Of a stretch of DNA of 54,791 nucleotides, positions 19,928 through 29,299 are shown piece after piece. Location: positions 1 to 54,791 of IMG/VR virus record IMGVR_UViG_3300042446_001590; one strand, written 5' to 3'. Source of the stretch: a virus. Its lineage: Duplodnaviria; Caudoviricetes. The notes under the pieces are model-generated. The model was given only the letters and a program-made list of their open reading frames with translations. It was not told the DNA's origin and made no database searches. Positions within the stretch are counted from its first letter, which is position 1, and each line of letters starts with the position of its first letter. Both the position numbers and the translations under genes were made by a program.

Positions 19928-20939
19928 ATACTCAGACATATTATCTAGTATAAATAACACACCCCGTAATGCTCAAGATTCAATTTTAATAATTGATGGT
20001 TTAAATACATTCTTGAGAAGTTTTACAATGATTAACCACATTAATCCAGATGGAGCCCACATTGGTGGGCTCACTGGGTTTCTTAAATCATTAGGGTATG
20101 CTATACGTACAATAGATCCTACTAAAGTGGTCATCGTATTTGATGGTATTGGTGGTTCAAATAATAAGCGAAACTTATATCCTGACTATAAAGCAAATAG
20201 AAATAAAAGTCGAATGACTAATTATAATATATTTAGCAATAAGGAAGAAGAAGCAGAATCCATCAATAACCAAATGGGTAGATTAATCCAATATCTACAA
20301 TGTTTACCTATCTCAATAATCTGTATAGATGGAATTGAGGCAGATGATGTTATGGGATATCTAGCAGTTAAATTTGAAAAATTTCCAGTAACTAAACAAG
20401 TAACATTAATGTCGTCTGATAAAGACTTCTTACAGTTACTTAGCCCTAAAACCCAAGTATATTCACCTACAAAGAAAAAAATATATCAACCAAAAGATAT
20501 ATTAGAAGAATTTGGGGTTAGCCATTATAACTTTATTAACTATAAAATGTTAATGGGAGATGCTTCGGATAATTTACCTGGTATATTAGGGTTAGGACCT
20601 AAAAAATTAATCAAATTATTTCCTAATCTGCTAGAAGATAGAAAAATAGAATTAAATGAAATATTATCTTATTCTGCTGAAAAAGTAAATGAGCATGAAT
20701 TATATGCTTCGGTTATAGAAAGAAGTCATCAATTGAATATTAATAGACAATTAATGGATTTACAAACTATACCTCTATCAGAAGGAAATCAAGATGAGAT
20801 TAAAGCTAGTTTTAACAATTCTTATAGTTTAAATAAGCATGTATTTATGCAGATGTATTTAGCTGACAAATTAGGTGAATCAATTCCAAACACAACAAAT
20901 TGGATTAATCAAATTTTTGGAGGGCTAGACAGCTTTTAG
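19917..20939 (+). CDS. 5'-3' exonuclease / flap endonuclease (T4 RNase H-like)
   Basis: 'LIIDGLN', 'YKANR', 'EADD', 'SSDKDFLQL', 'GDASDNLPGI.GLGPK'. Confidence 0.9.
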   Translation: MKNKYSDILSSINNTPRNAQDSILIIDGLNTFLRSFTMINHINPDGAHIGGLTGFLKSLGYAIRTIDPTKVVIVFDGIGGSNNKRNLYPDYKANRNKSRMTNYNIFSNKEEEAESINNQMGRLIQYLQCLPISIICIDGIEADDVMGYLAVKFEKFPVTKQVTLMSSDKDFLQLLSPKTQVYSPTKKKIYQPKDILEEFGVSHYNFINYKMLMGDASDNLPGILGLGPKKLIKLFPNLLEDRKIELNEILSYSAEKVNEHELYASVIERSHQLNINRQLMDLQTIPLSEGNQDEIKASFNNSYSLNKHVFMQMYLADKLGESIPNTTNWINQIFGGLDSF

Positions 20940-20947
20940 TATTTTTA
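20916..20947 (+). promoter_or_regulatory. Bacteroidota-type promoter for helicase
   Basis: TTTG 20916-20919, 20 nt, TATTTTTA 20940-20947. Confidence 0.5.
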
Positions 20948-20962
20948 AAACAAATAGGTTAT

Positions 20963-22345
20963 ATGACAACATTAAATAAGCTCCAGAGTTACGGAACAGT
21001 ATTTCAGATCAAGGTATTAGGAGCGTTACTAACTCAACGTGAATTTTTATTAAATATTGCTGACTCATTAGACAGTGAATATTTTGAAAGTCCATCTCAT
21101 AAGTGGATAGTTGAATATATATCAAAGTATTTTCAAACATATCACACTTATCCAACAGCAGAAACACTATCCATTGAAATTAAAAAAATGGATAATGAGA
21201 TATTACGCATTTCATTAGTAGATGCAGTACGTGAGGCATATAAATCAGCTGATTCTAGTGATTTAGAGTGGGTTGAAACAGAATTCGCTAGTTTCTGTCA
21301 AAATCAACAAATGAAAAAAGCAATTATGACATCAGTTGATTTGCTTAATTTAGGAGATTATGATGGTATTAGACAACTAATTAACCATGCATTAAAAGCG
21401 GCTGAAGATAAAAATATAGGCCACATATATGAAGCTGATGTTGAGTCACGTTATCGTAAGGATGATCGTAATGCAGTACCGTTTCCCTGGAAAGTATTTA
21501 ATGATCTAACACAAGGCGGTTATGGTAAAGGCGATTTAGTATTAGTATTCGGTAATCCGGGCGGAGGTAAATCATGGGGCGTTATTGCTATGGGTGCTTA
21601 CGCGGCAGCACTGGGATATAATGTATTGCATTATACATTAGAATTATCCGAAGGTTATGTAGGTAAACGATACGATGCTGTACTATCAGGAATACCGGTA
21701 GATCAACTAGATAAGCACCGTAAAGACGTCGAACAAGCCGTTAATCAACTCAAAGGAAAGATAGTCATTAAAGAGTACGCTCCTAAAAGAGCGTCGTTGG
21801 ATACAATTGAATCTCACATTCAACAATTAGAACATCAAAACGAATTTAAACCGGATTTAATTATTATTGACTATTTAGATTTACTACGTACTAAGAGTAG
21901 AAAAGAGCGTAAAGAAGAAATCGACGACGTATATACTGAAGTTAAAGGCTTAGCCAAACAATTAGGCATACCAGTTGTTTCGCCTTCACAAGCGAATAGA
22001 ACAGGAGCTGATAAAGGTATATTACAAGCTGAAAACGCAGCTGGTTCATATGACAAAATCATGATTGGTGATATAATTATATCCTTAGCTCGTGGTAGAA
22101 AAGATAAAGTAAACGGAACAGGTAATTGGCATTTTATTAAGAATCGTTATGGAGCAGATGGATTAACATTCGGTTCTAAAATAGATACATCAAATGGGTA
22201 TATTGATATATACGATACACCAATGGATGATGACGATACCTCTGAAGTAAAAGGTGCAAATAAGCAAGTAAACCAATATTCCAATGTTGGTGAAGAAGAC
22301 AAGTACCTTCTCCGAAGTAAATTCTTATCTTACCAGCAAGAATAA
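20963..22345 (+). CDS. dnaB: Replicative DNA helicase (DnaB/gp41-like)
   Basis: Walker A 'GNPGGGKS', 'TLEL', 'IIIDYLDL', 'SQANR', 'KNRYG'. Confidence 0.92.
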   Translation: MTTLNKLQSYGTVFQIKVLGALLTQREFLLNIADSLDSEYFESPSHKWIVEYISKYFQTYHTYPTAETLSIEIKKMDNEILRISLVDAVREAYKSADSSDLEWVETEFASFCQNQQMKKAIMTSVDLLNLGDYDGIRQLINHALKAAEDKNIGHIYEADVESRYRKDDRNAVPFPWKVFNDLTQGGYGKGDLVLVFGNPGGGKSWGVIAMGAYAAALGYNVLHYTLELSEGYVGKRYDAVLSGIPVDQLDKHRKDVEQAVNQLKGKIVIKEYAPKRASLDTIESHIQQLEHQNEFKPDLIIIDYLDLLRTKSRKERKEEIDDVYTEVKGLAKQLGIPVVSPSQANRTGADKGILQAENAAGSYDKIMIGDIIISLARGRKDKVNGTGNWHFIKNRYGADGLTFGSKIDTSNGYIDIYDTPMDDDDTSEVKGANKQVNQYSNVGEEDKYLLRSKFLSYQQE

Positions 22346-22373
22346 TATTTATTAACACGCAAAAAAAAATCAT

Positions 22374-22634
22374 ATGTTAGTTATAAAAAGATATACAGCT
22401 TCATGGTGTGGACCATGTCAAATGCTATCGCCAATAATGGCAGAATTACAAAACGAAAACAGTAATGTTAGCTTCATTACTGTAGACGTAGATCAAAATG
22501 CAGAAGAAGCCAAAATATCAAATGTGCGTGGAGTACCAACGGTTATGTTCCTAAAAAATGGACAAGAAGTACATCGTTTTTCAGGTGTACAACCAAAACA
22601 GGTTATCGCCAATTTGATCAAACAATATTCCTAA
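22374..22634 (+). CDS. trxA: Thioredoxin
   Basis: WCGPC active site and 'VPT' cis-Pro loop. Confidence 0.95.
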   Translation: MLVIKRYTASWCGPCQMLSPIMAELQNENSNVSFITVDVDQNAEEAKISNVRGVPTVMFLKNGQEVHRFSGVQPKQVIANLIKQYS

Positions 22635-22655
22635 AAATTAAAAACTATTATTAAA

Positions 22656-24509
22656 ATGAACGTAGAACAAAGCATTTTGTCGGATATTACTACCTACCTT
22701 AAGTACGCGAAGTATAATCCAGAAAAACAAAGAAGAGAAGTATGGGGTGAATTAGTTGACAGAAATAAGTCAATGCATTTAAAGAAATTCCCTCAATTAA
22801 GTGAAGAAATAGAATGGGCCTATAAATTTGTTTATGACAAAAAAGTATTACCTTCTATGCGTTCAATGCAATTCGCTGGAAAGCCAATTGAAATTAACAA
22901 CACAAGAGTATTTAACTGCTCTTATTTACCAATCGATGATTTAGCATCATTTTCTGAAATTATGTTCTTATTACTTTCAGGATGTGGAGTAGGCTATTCA
23001 GTACAACAACATCATATTGAGAAATTACCTGAAGTTAGAAAACCATTAAAATCTAAAAGATATTTAGTTGGTGATTCAATTGAAGGATGGGCTGACGCAG
23101 TTAAAGTATTAATGAAAGCCTACCTAAGAGGAGGACCAGCGCCATTATTTGACTTTAGAGATATTCGTCCTAAAGGTGCATCATTGATTACTGTAGGTGG
23201 TAAAGCACCAGGTCCAGAGCCATTAAAAATTGCTTTAATCCACGTACAATCAATATTAGATAGAAAAACAGATGGAGAGAAATTAACATCAGTAGAATGT
23301 CACGATATTATTTGCCATTTAGCAGACGCTGTATTATCAGGCGGTATTAGAAGAGCAGCATTAATCGCTTTATTTAATTTAGATGATGAAAATATGTTGA
23401 CTTGTAAGTTTGGTAACTGGTGGGAAGAAAATCCTCAACGCGGTAGAGCAAACAATACAGCAGTATTAATTAATTCTAAAATTGAAAAAGATGTATTTTT
23501 AGGATTATGGAAGAAAATTGAATTAAGTAACAGTGGAGAACCAGGATTTATTTTCTCAAACGATAAAGACGCTGGTACTAACCCATGTGCTGAAATTAAC
23601 TTAAAGCCAAATCAATTCTGTAATTTATGTGAAGTAAATGCTTCAACAATTGAATCACAAGAAGATTTAAATGAAAGAGTTAAAGCAGCAGCGTTCATTG
23701 GAACATTACAAGCATCATATACTGATTTCCATTATTTAAGAGATGTTTGGAAAAAAACAACAGAAAAAGAAGCATTATTAGGTATCGGAATGACAGGTAT
23801 CGCTTCAGGAACTGTATTTAAATATAGTTTAAAAGAAGCAGCTAAAATAGCTGTTGAAGAAAATGCTAGAGTAGCAGATGTAATCAAAATCAATAAAGCA
23901 GCTCGTATCACTACAGTTAAACCATCAGGTACTACATCATTAGTATTAGGAACTTCAAGTGGTATCCACGCATGGCACGATGATTTCTATTTAAGAAGAA
24001 TTCGCTTAGGTAAAAACGAAGCATTATATACTTACTTAGCAATTAATCACCCAGAATTATTAGAAGATGATTTCTTCAAACCACATATTCAAGCGATTGT
24101 AACTATTCCTCAACGTGCACCAGAAGGCGCTATTACTCGTACTAAAGAAACAGCATTCGAATTATTAGAGCGTATTAAGAAATTCAATAAAGAATGGATT
24201 AAACCAGGACATAAGAAAGGATCTAACATGCATAACGTTTCAGCTACAGTAAATATCAAACAAGATGAGTGGGAACCAGTAGGAGAGTGGTTATGGGAAA
24301 ATAAACAGTATTTCACTGCATTATCATTCTTGCCTGAAGATTTAGGTACATATACTCAAGCACCATTCGAATCAATTGATGAGGCTACATTTAATGATAG
24401 AGTTCAACATTTACACTTATTAGATTTATCTAAAGTAGTAGAAATGGATGACATGACAGCATTAATGGATCAAGCAGCTTGTGCAGGTGGGGCATGCGAA
24501 GTAGTTTAG
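22656..24509 (+). CDS. nrdJ: Ribonucleotide reductase, probably class II (adenosylcobalamin, monomeric type)
   Basis: 'FNCS', 'GGIRRAA', 'NPCAEI', 'CNLCE', 'TVKPSGT', C-terminal redox pair 'CAGGAC'; no beta subunit in the window. Confidence 0.85.
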   Translation: MNVEQSILSDITTYLKYAKYNPEKQRREVWGELVDRNKSMHLKKFPQLSEEIEWAYKFVYDKKVLPSMRSMQFAGKPIEINNTRVFNCSYLPIDDLASFSEIMFLLLSGCGVGYSVQQHHIEKLPEVRKPLKSKRYLVGDSIEGWADAVKVLMKAYLRGGPAPLFDFRDIRPKGASLITVGGKAPGPEPLKIALIHVQSILDRKTDGEKLTSVECHDIICHLADAVLSGGIRRAALIALFNLDDENMLTCKFGNWWEENPQRGRANNTAVLINSKIEKDVFLGLWKKIELSNSGEPGFIFSNDKDAGTNPCAEINLKPNQFCNLCEVNASTIESQEDLNERVKAAAFIGTLQASYTDFHYLRDVWKKTTEKEALLGIGMTGIASGTVFKYSLKEAAKIAVEENARVADVIKINKAARITTVKPSGTTSLVLGTSSGIHAWHDDFYLRRIRLGKNEALYTYLAINHPELLEDDFFKPHIQAIVTIPQRAPEGAITRTKETAFELLERIKKFNKEWIKPGHKKGSNMHNVSATVNIKQDEWEPVGEWLWENKQYFTALSFLPEDLGTYTQAPFESIDEATFNDRVQHLHLLDLSKVVEMDDMTALMDQAACAGGACEVV

Positions 24510-24847
24510 TAGAAAATATACATTACTATAAAGAAGGAGATAGGGTGGTTTTTACCACCCTTTTTCACATTCAACGTGGTCAATGTTGTGGGAATGGGTG
24601 TAGGAACTGTCCTTATATCCCAAAACACTTAAAAGGAAATTTGGAACTTAAAACAGAATTTATTAAATTTAAACATATGAATTTAGAAGAGTTAAATAAG
24701 ATGAAAAAAGAGGCTGAAGAGCTAAGTAATATGAAAGACCAAATGTCTGCCGTTGAACTACAAGCTAAAGCCTTAGAACTAACCAATAGATTAGAAGAAA
24801 TATTGGGTTCTATAATTAAGGTTCCTAAAGAAGAAGATAATGAGTAA
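24494..24847 (+). CDS. Cys-rich DUF5522-like domain in frame with a small coiled-coil ORF (internal start 24677)
   Basis: 'RGQCCGNGCRNCPY' motif; internal promoter before in-frame ATG 24677 (MNLEELNKMKKE...). Confidence 0.55.
   Translation: MRSSLVENIHYYKEGDRVVFTTLFHIQRGQCCGNGCRNCPYIPKHLKGNLELKTEFIKFKHMNLEELNKMKKEAEELSNMKDQMSAVELQAKALELTNRLEEILGSIIKVPKEEDNE
24542..24565 (+). terminator. Intrinsic terminator after nrdJ, inside the DUF5522-like ORF
   Basis: AGGGTGGT-TTTT-ACCACCCT followed by TTTT. Confidence 0.7.
24640..24671 (+). promoter_or_regulatory. Bacteroidota-type promoter 5 nt before ATG 24677
   Basis: TTTG 24640-24643, 20 nt, TAAATTTA 24664-24671. Confidence 0.6.
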
Positions 24848-25373
24848 AAAACGTTTATACGTTAGTTCTGAAGATGCTTGGATGTATATTCAAGCACCAA
24901 AAAACATGGGACATACTGCCACTCACTATACTAGAGTACCAAGCATTGATCCTAAATACCCAAGTGGAGACGGATGGGAAGATGTAATTTATCTTCATGA
25001 ACCAATACTAGACCCTTCAGGTGCTATCCGTAAACCAGAATGGATATATGTTTTAGTTAATGTATCTATGCATGGTATGGTTAAAGTAGGAATGACTACT
25101 AATACAGTAGAAGAACGTGCTAAAGAAATCAATGCTGCTACTGGCGTTCCTACACCTTGGATACCAGTATTTAAATTTAAATGTTATGGCTCTCGTTATT
25201 TAGAGAAAGAAGTTCATGATCATTTACATCAATATAGAGTAGCAAACAATAGAGAAATGTTCAGTACAGATGCTATGACAGCTCAAAAAGTAATAGAAAA
25301 ACTAGGCGTTAACTATGCTAATGCATTGTATGTAGCTACTGAATTAAAACAAGATTTGGAAAATCAAAATTAA
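24840..25373 (+). CDS. T5orf172/GIY-YIG-like domain protein
   Basis: 'IYVLVN.SM.GMVKVGMT...EERAKEI..ATGVPTP...LEKEVH..L...R....REMF'. Confidence 0.8.
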   Translation: MSKKRLYVSSEDAWMYIQAPKNMGHTATHYTRVPSIDPKYPSGDGWEDVIYLHEPILDPSGAIRKPEWIYVLVNVSMHGMVKVGMTTNTVEERAKEINAATGVPTPWIPVFKFKCYGSRYLEKEVHDHLHQYRVANNREMFSTDAMTAQKVIEKLGVNYANALYVATELKQDLENQN

Positions 25374-25386
25374 TATTTTATATTTA
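25355..25386 (+). promoter_or_regulatory. Bacteroidota-type promoter for the deazaguanine cluster
   Basis: TTTG 25355-25358, 20 nt, TATATTTA 25379-25386. Confidence 0.65.
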
Positions 25387-25393
25387 AAACAAT

Positions 25394-25873
25394 ATGGCAA
25401 GATACATCTCAACAAAAACATTCGACAACTATTCAGTTGCGATTAGACAATGGAAAGCACAGCATTCACACTGTCAATTATTACATGGTTATGGAATCTA
25501 CTTCAAAGTATGGTTCGCATCTAACCAACCAGATCTAGACAAGCAATTAGATGAAATGAATTGGATTGTTGACTTTGGAGGATTTAAAACTAAACCAGTA
25601 GGAAACGGATTAAAAGATTGGATGGACCATATGTGGGATCATACAGTATTAATTGAAAAAGATGATCCGTATGCTGATATATTTGTACAAATGGAACAAA
25701 TGGGATTAGCTAAAGTTCATTTAATGGATAAAATGGGCTGTGAGTCATTAGCTAAATTAGTATCAGATAAATTTAACGAAGTATTATCTAATACAGATGG
25801 TGCTAGATGTAAAGTAATTAAAGTAGAGTGTTTCGAACACGGTAAAAATTCATCAATATTTGAAGCAGAATAA
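25394..25873 (+). CDS. queD: 6-carboxytetrahydropterin synthase QueD
   Basis: 'HCQLLHGY', 'WIVDFG', 'WDHTVL', 'E.LAK'; cluster context. Confidence 0.88.
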   Translation: MARYISTKTFDNYSVAIRQWKAQHSHCQLLHGYGIYFKVWFASNQPDLDKQLDEMNWIVDFGGFKTKPVGNGLKDWMDHMWDHTVLIEKDDPYADIFVQMEQMGLAKVHLMDKMGCESLAKLVSDKFNEVLSNTDGARCKVIKVECFEHGKNSSIFEAE

Positions 25874-25874
25874 T

Positions 25875-26672
25875 ATGAAAATTAGTCATGAAGTTCCTTT
25901 ATCATTATTAAAATCAAGTAGATTATTTAATGATTACGATTATTGTTTACCTCACTTATTAGATAAACATGAAGAATACAAAGAATATTTTTTAGAAGGA
26001 CAAACATTGCCTCAAAAGCGTTTTGTTATCATGGATAATGGTTTGTTTGAAGGTGTAACTCACACTGAAAAAGATTTAATTGAAAAAATTAATCTAATTA
26101 AACCAGATATCTTTATTGTTCCTGATGAATGGAATGACACAGCACTTACCCACAGAAATGCTAAGTATTGGATGAATGTAATTAAAGAACAACTACCTAA
26201 AGAAACTGAATTGATGGTAGTAATGCAAGGGCATACTTTAGGTGATTTTATGAATCTATACAACCAATGTGCTGCTTTAGGATATACACACTTTGCATTT
26301 AATCATTCATCTATATATTATCAACATGATGGATACCATCCAAATCTATTAGTAAATCAAATGATGAATAGAATTTATATAATTTCAAGACTATATAAAG
26401 AAAAAATCATTAAAGATAGCCATTATGTCCACTTATTAGGAGCATCATTACCACAAGAATTCATGTATTATAGAGAACCAGAATTTGCATTTATTAAATC
26501 TGTAGATACATCATCTCCAATTATAAATGGTATTTTAGAGATACCATATGAAGATTATGGTTTATTAACTAAACCTAAAAACAAAATTGAAGAATTTATG
26601 GAAGGTGATTGGTCAAAGCAAATTGGACATTTAACTCACAATATTCACAAATTTAAAAAATTTATAAAATAA
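25875..26672 (+). CDS. TGT/DpdA-like deazaguanine transglycosylase-fold protein (likely start 25875)
   Basis: 'IMDNGLFE', 'VPD', 'VMQG', 'VHLLG', 'SVDTSSP' mirror the TGT/DpdA DSGxF...QG...HxLG...SxDS motifs; adjacent to queD. Confidence 0.65.
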   Translation: MKISHEVPLSLLKSSRLFNDYDYCLPHLLDKHEEYKEYFLEGQTLPQKRFVIMDNGLFEGVTHTEKDLIEKINLIKPDIFIVPDEWNDTALTHRNAKYWMNVIKEQLPKETELMVVMQGHTLGDFMNLYNQCAALGYTHFAFNHSSIYYQHDGYHPNLLVNQMMNRIYIISRLYKEKIIKDSHYVHLLGASLPQEFMYYREPEFAFIKSVDTSSPIINGILEIPYEDYGLLTKPKNKIEEFMEGDWSKQIGHLTHNIHKFKKFIK

Positions 26673-26685
26673 ATTAAACAACAAC

Positions 26686-27078
26686 ATGGCACAAACACTC
26701 ACATCATGTACTACAACATTGGGACATTCAGGTACAACAACAGGAACAGCGTACTTTCAACCAAGTACAGGAACAATATCATCAGGTACATATATTAGTG
26801 GTGGTGATATTTCTAGTTTTACAGTACCAAATTTAACAACATCAAATTTAACAATTTCATCAATTAACCAAAACGCAATTATGCAAAACAAAGTAGCAGT
26901 GTTCAAAGTAACACGTAATGACAAAAACGAAATTACATCAACTGAATTCATTAAAGAAATGTGGATTCAAACTAAAAACAATCAATCAGTAGAATTTGAA
27001 GTAGCTAGAGATAAAGACTTAGCTAAGTATAAAGCTGAAGATTTATCTATTAGAACAATCTATACAGTAACATTCTAA
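26686..27078 (+). CDS. Hypothetical protein with Ser/Thr-rich N-terminal half
   Basis: 130 aa; low-complexity N-terminus, globular C-terminus from 'MQNKVAVFKV'. Confidence 0.55.
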   Translation: MAQTLTSCTTTLGHSGTTTGTAYFQPSTGTISSGTYISGGDISSFTVPNLTTSNLTISSINQNAIMQNKVAVFKVTRNDKNEITSTEFIKEMWIQTKNNQSVEFEVARDKDLAKYKAEDLSIRTIYTVTF

Positions 27079-27079
27079 A

Positions 27080-27742
27080 ATGAAAAAAATCGTATTCTGT
27101 TTACCTGGAAGAGAGTTTAGTGGTAGATTTCTATCATGTTGGACTGAGTTAGTATACGCTTGCTTATCGCAAGGTATTCAACCTATAATGTCTCAACAAT
27201 ACTCACCCTTACTATATTACGTTCGTAATATGTGCTTAGGAGGAGATAACTTAGCAGGTATCAAACAGGTACCATTCCAAGGTAAACTAGATTATGATTA
27301 TATAATGTGGATTGATTCAGACATTGTATTCACACCCGATCAATTCTTTAAGTTAATAGACAACGATAAAGATATTTCATCAGGTTTGTATATGATGGCT
27401 GACAATACCCATTATGCTACAGTTGAAAATTGGGATGATGAGTTCTTTCAAAAGAATGGACATATGCAATTCGTAAACAGAGAGATACTATCTAAGAAGA
27501 AAGATTTATTTAAAGCTGACTATACAGGATTTGGATGGATACTAATGAAGAAAGGCGTATTTGAATCTTTAGAATATCCTTGGTTTCAACCAATGTGGAC
27601 TGAATATGAAACAGATGGAAAGATTATTAGAGATTTCTCAATGGAAGACGTAGCCTTCTGTAGAATGATTAAAGAAAAAGGCTTTGATGTCTGGATTGAT
27701 CCTACAATAGTGGTAGGGCACGAAAAAATGGTTATATTATAA
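27080..27742 (+). CDS. GT-A fold glycosyltransferase-like protein
   Basis: 'WIDSDIVF' DxD motif, 'GFGWILMKKGVFE', 'EDVAFC', 'VGHEK'. Confidence 0.75.
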   Translation: MKKIVFCLPGREFSGRFLSCWTELVYACLSQGIQPIMSQQYSPLLYYVRNMCLGGDNLAGIKQVPFQGKLDYDYIMWIDSDIVFTPDQFFKLIDNDKDISSGLYMMADNTHYATVENWDDEFFQKNGHMQFVNREILSKKKDLFKADYTGFGWILMKKGVFESLEYPWFQPMWTEYETDGKIIRDFSMEDVAFCRMIKEKGFDVWIDPTIVVGHEKMVIL

Positions 27743-27751
27743 AAAAAACAA

Positions 27752-27934
27752 ATGGCAAAATTACAAAAAATTGAAACTACTCATTACATTTATGAGTACG
27801 AATTAAGTGAAGATGAATTAGCACTATATATTAGTGATCCTGATACATTTTGGGAAGATTTTAGCGATGAATGGAATGATCCATATATGGATGTAGATTC
27901 AACTCAACCAGAAATTAACTTTTTAGAAGAATAA
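27752..27934 (+). CDS. Small, highly acidic protein
   Basis: 60 aa, very D/E-rich with aromatic residues. Confidence 0.55.
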   Translation: MAKLQKIETTHYIYEYELSEDELALYISDPDTFWEDFSDEWNDPYMDVDSTQPEINFLEE

Positions 27935-27939
27935 ATAAA

Positions 27940-28758
27940 ATGAAAAAACAAGCAGTATTATCACTAAGCGGAGGAATGGATAGCTCTAGCTTACTGCTTC
28001 ATCTACTCGCCAATGGCTATGAAGTAACATCATTATCCTTTGACTATGGTCAAAAACACAATGTCGAATTAGAACGAGCTAAAGATTTAGTTAGCTATTT
28101 AAATTCACAATGTACAGAAAATAACTGTTATGGTGGATGTGAAGTTAAACATCAAGTAATTACTTTAGATGGTTTATCTCAATTATTAAATTCATCATTA
28201 GTATCTGGTGGTTCAGAAGTACCTGAAGGTCATTATGCTGAAGAAAATATGAAAGCAACTGTAGTGCCTAATCGTAATAAAATATTTAGTTCAATTATTC
28301 AAGCAGTTGCATTATCAGTTGCTGAACAAAAGAATACTGAATGTGTAATTGCTATGGGTATACACGCAGGTGACCATGCTATATATCCTGACTGTAGACA
28401 AGAGTTTCGTGATATCGATTATGAAGCGTTTAAAGCTGGTAATTGGGGTGCTGAGAAAGTAACATATTATACTCCGTATTTAGAAGGTGATAAATACACT
28501 ATATTAGAGGATGGCGCTAAGTGTTGCAAAATACTAGGCCTTGATTTTAACGCAGTATATAGCCGAACTAATACGTCTTATAAGCCATACCCGTCAGGCA
28601 ACTCAGATTATAAATCAGCATCATCAGTTGAACGTGTTGAAGCATTTATTAAATTAGGTCGCCCAGATCCAGTTCAATATGAAGACGAGACAGGTCTAGT
28701 GACATGGGAACACGTAGTAAATGAAGTAACTAAAGTATTAGAAAGTCATGAAAAATAG
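27940..28758 (+). CDS. queC: 7-cyano-7-deazaguanine synthase QueC (variant lacking the C-terminal zinc cysteines)
   Basis: 'SGGMDS', 'FDYGQKH..E', 'VPNRN', 'YPDCR'. Confidence 0.92.
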   Translation: MKKQAVLSLSGGMDSSSLLLHLLANGYEVTSLSFDYGQKHNVELERAKDLVSYLNSQCTENNCYGGCEVKHQVITLDGLSQLLNSSLVSGGSEVPEGHYAEENMKATVVPNRNKIFSSIIQAVALSVAEQKNTECVIAMGIHAGDHAIYPDCRQEFRDIDYEAFKAGNWGAEKVTYYTPYLEGDKYTILEDGAKCCKILGLDFNAVYSRTNTSYKPYPSGNSDYKSASSVERVEAFIKLGRPDPVQYEDETGLVTWEHVVNEVTKVLESHEK

Positions 28759-28966
28759 AAAACAACATAAAATGAATGTGGGAAAAGAATCACATAAGGA
28801 AATTGACTTTAATAAACTTCCTGATCCTAAATTACACCAACGTGTTAGTTTCTTTAAATCAGGAATTAGAATAGCAGGTTATATTACTTTACCTTTTAAC
28901 TTAGCTATAGGAGCTATTATACTTGTATTAAGTGAGTTAATTGGTATTATAGAAGAGTTAGTATAA
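28748..28966 (+). CDS. Small membrane protein
   Basis: Hydrophobic C-terminal half 'SGIRIAGY...AIILVLSELIGIIEELV'. Confidence 0.55.
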   Translation: MKNRKQHKMNVGKESHKEIDFNKLPDPKLHQRVSFFKSGIRIAGYITLPFNLAIGAIILVLSELIGIIEELV

Positions 28967-28970
28967 TAAA

Positions 28971-29002
28971 TTTGGAAAGGCAAAAATAGTTTATTAAATT
29001 CA
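28971..29002 (+). promoter_or_regulatory. Bacteroidota-type promoter for the HTH gene
   Basis: TTTG 28971-28974, 20 nt, TAAATTCA 28995-29002. Confidence 0.65.
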
Positions 29003-29026
29003 AACAACAAATAAAATAAAAAAGTT

Positions 29027-29233
29027 ATGAAATTAAATCGCACAGCAAAACAAGCATTCTACAGTGCTAGAAGAAGAGATGGTGATTCTGCTAGATTAGC
29101 AGAGATGAGTGGATACTCAACCTCTCACGTTACTAACGTTTTAAATGGTCACCGTAATGTTACGGATACCTTAGCAAACGCAATGTATAACATTTCTAGA
29201 CGTAGATTGAAAAACAGCCAAGTAGCTGCTTAA
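29027..29233 (+). CDS. Small basic helix-turn-helix DNA-binding protein
   Basis: 'ARLAEMSGYSTSHVTNVLNGHR' XRE-like HTH; Arg-rich. Confidence 0.7.
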   Translation: MKLNRTAKQAFYSARRRDGDSARLAEMSGYSTSHVTNVLNGHRNVTDTLANAMYNISRRRLKNSQVAA

Positions 29234-29243
29234 GCAAAAACCC

Positions 29244-29280
29244 AATACCCTCTATTTTACATAGGGGGTATTTTCTATTT
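29244..29280 (+). terminator. Intrinsic terminator after HTH gene
   Basis: AATACCCTCTAT-TTTAC-ATAGGGGGTATT followed by TTCTATTT. Confidence 0.7.
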
Positions 29281-29299
29281 AAACAACAAACAATAAAAT

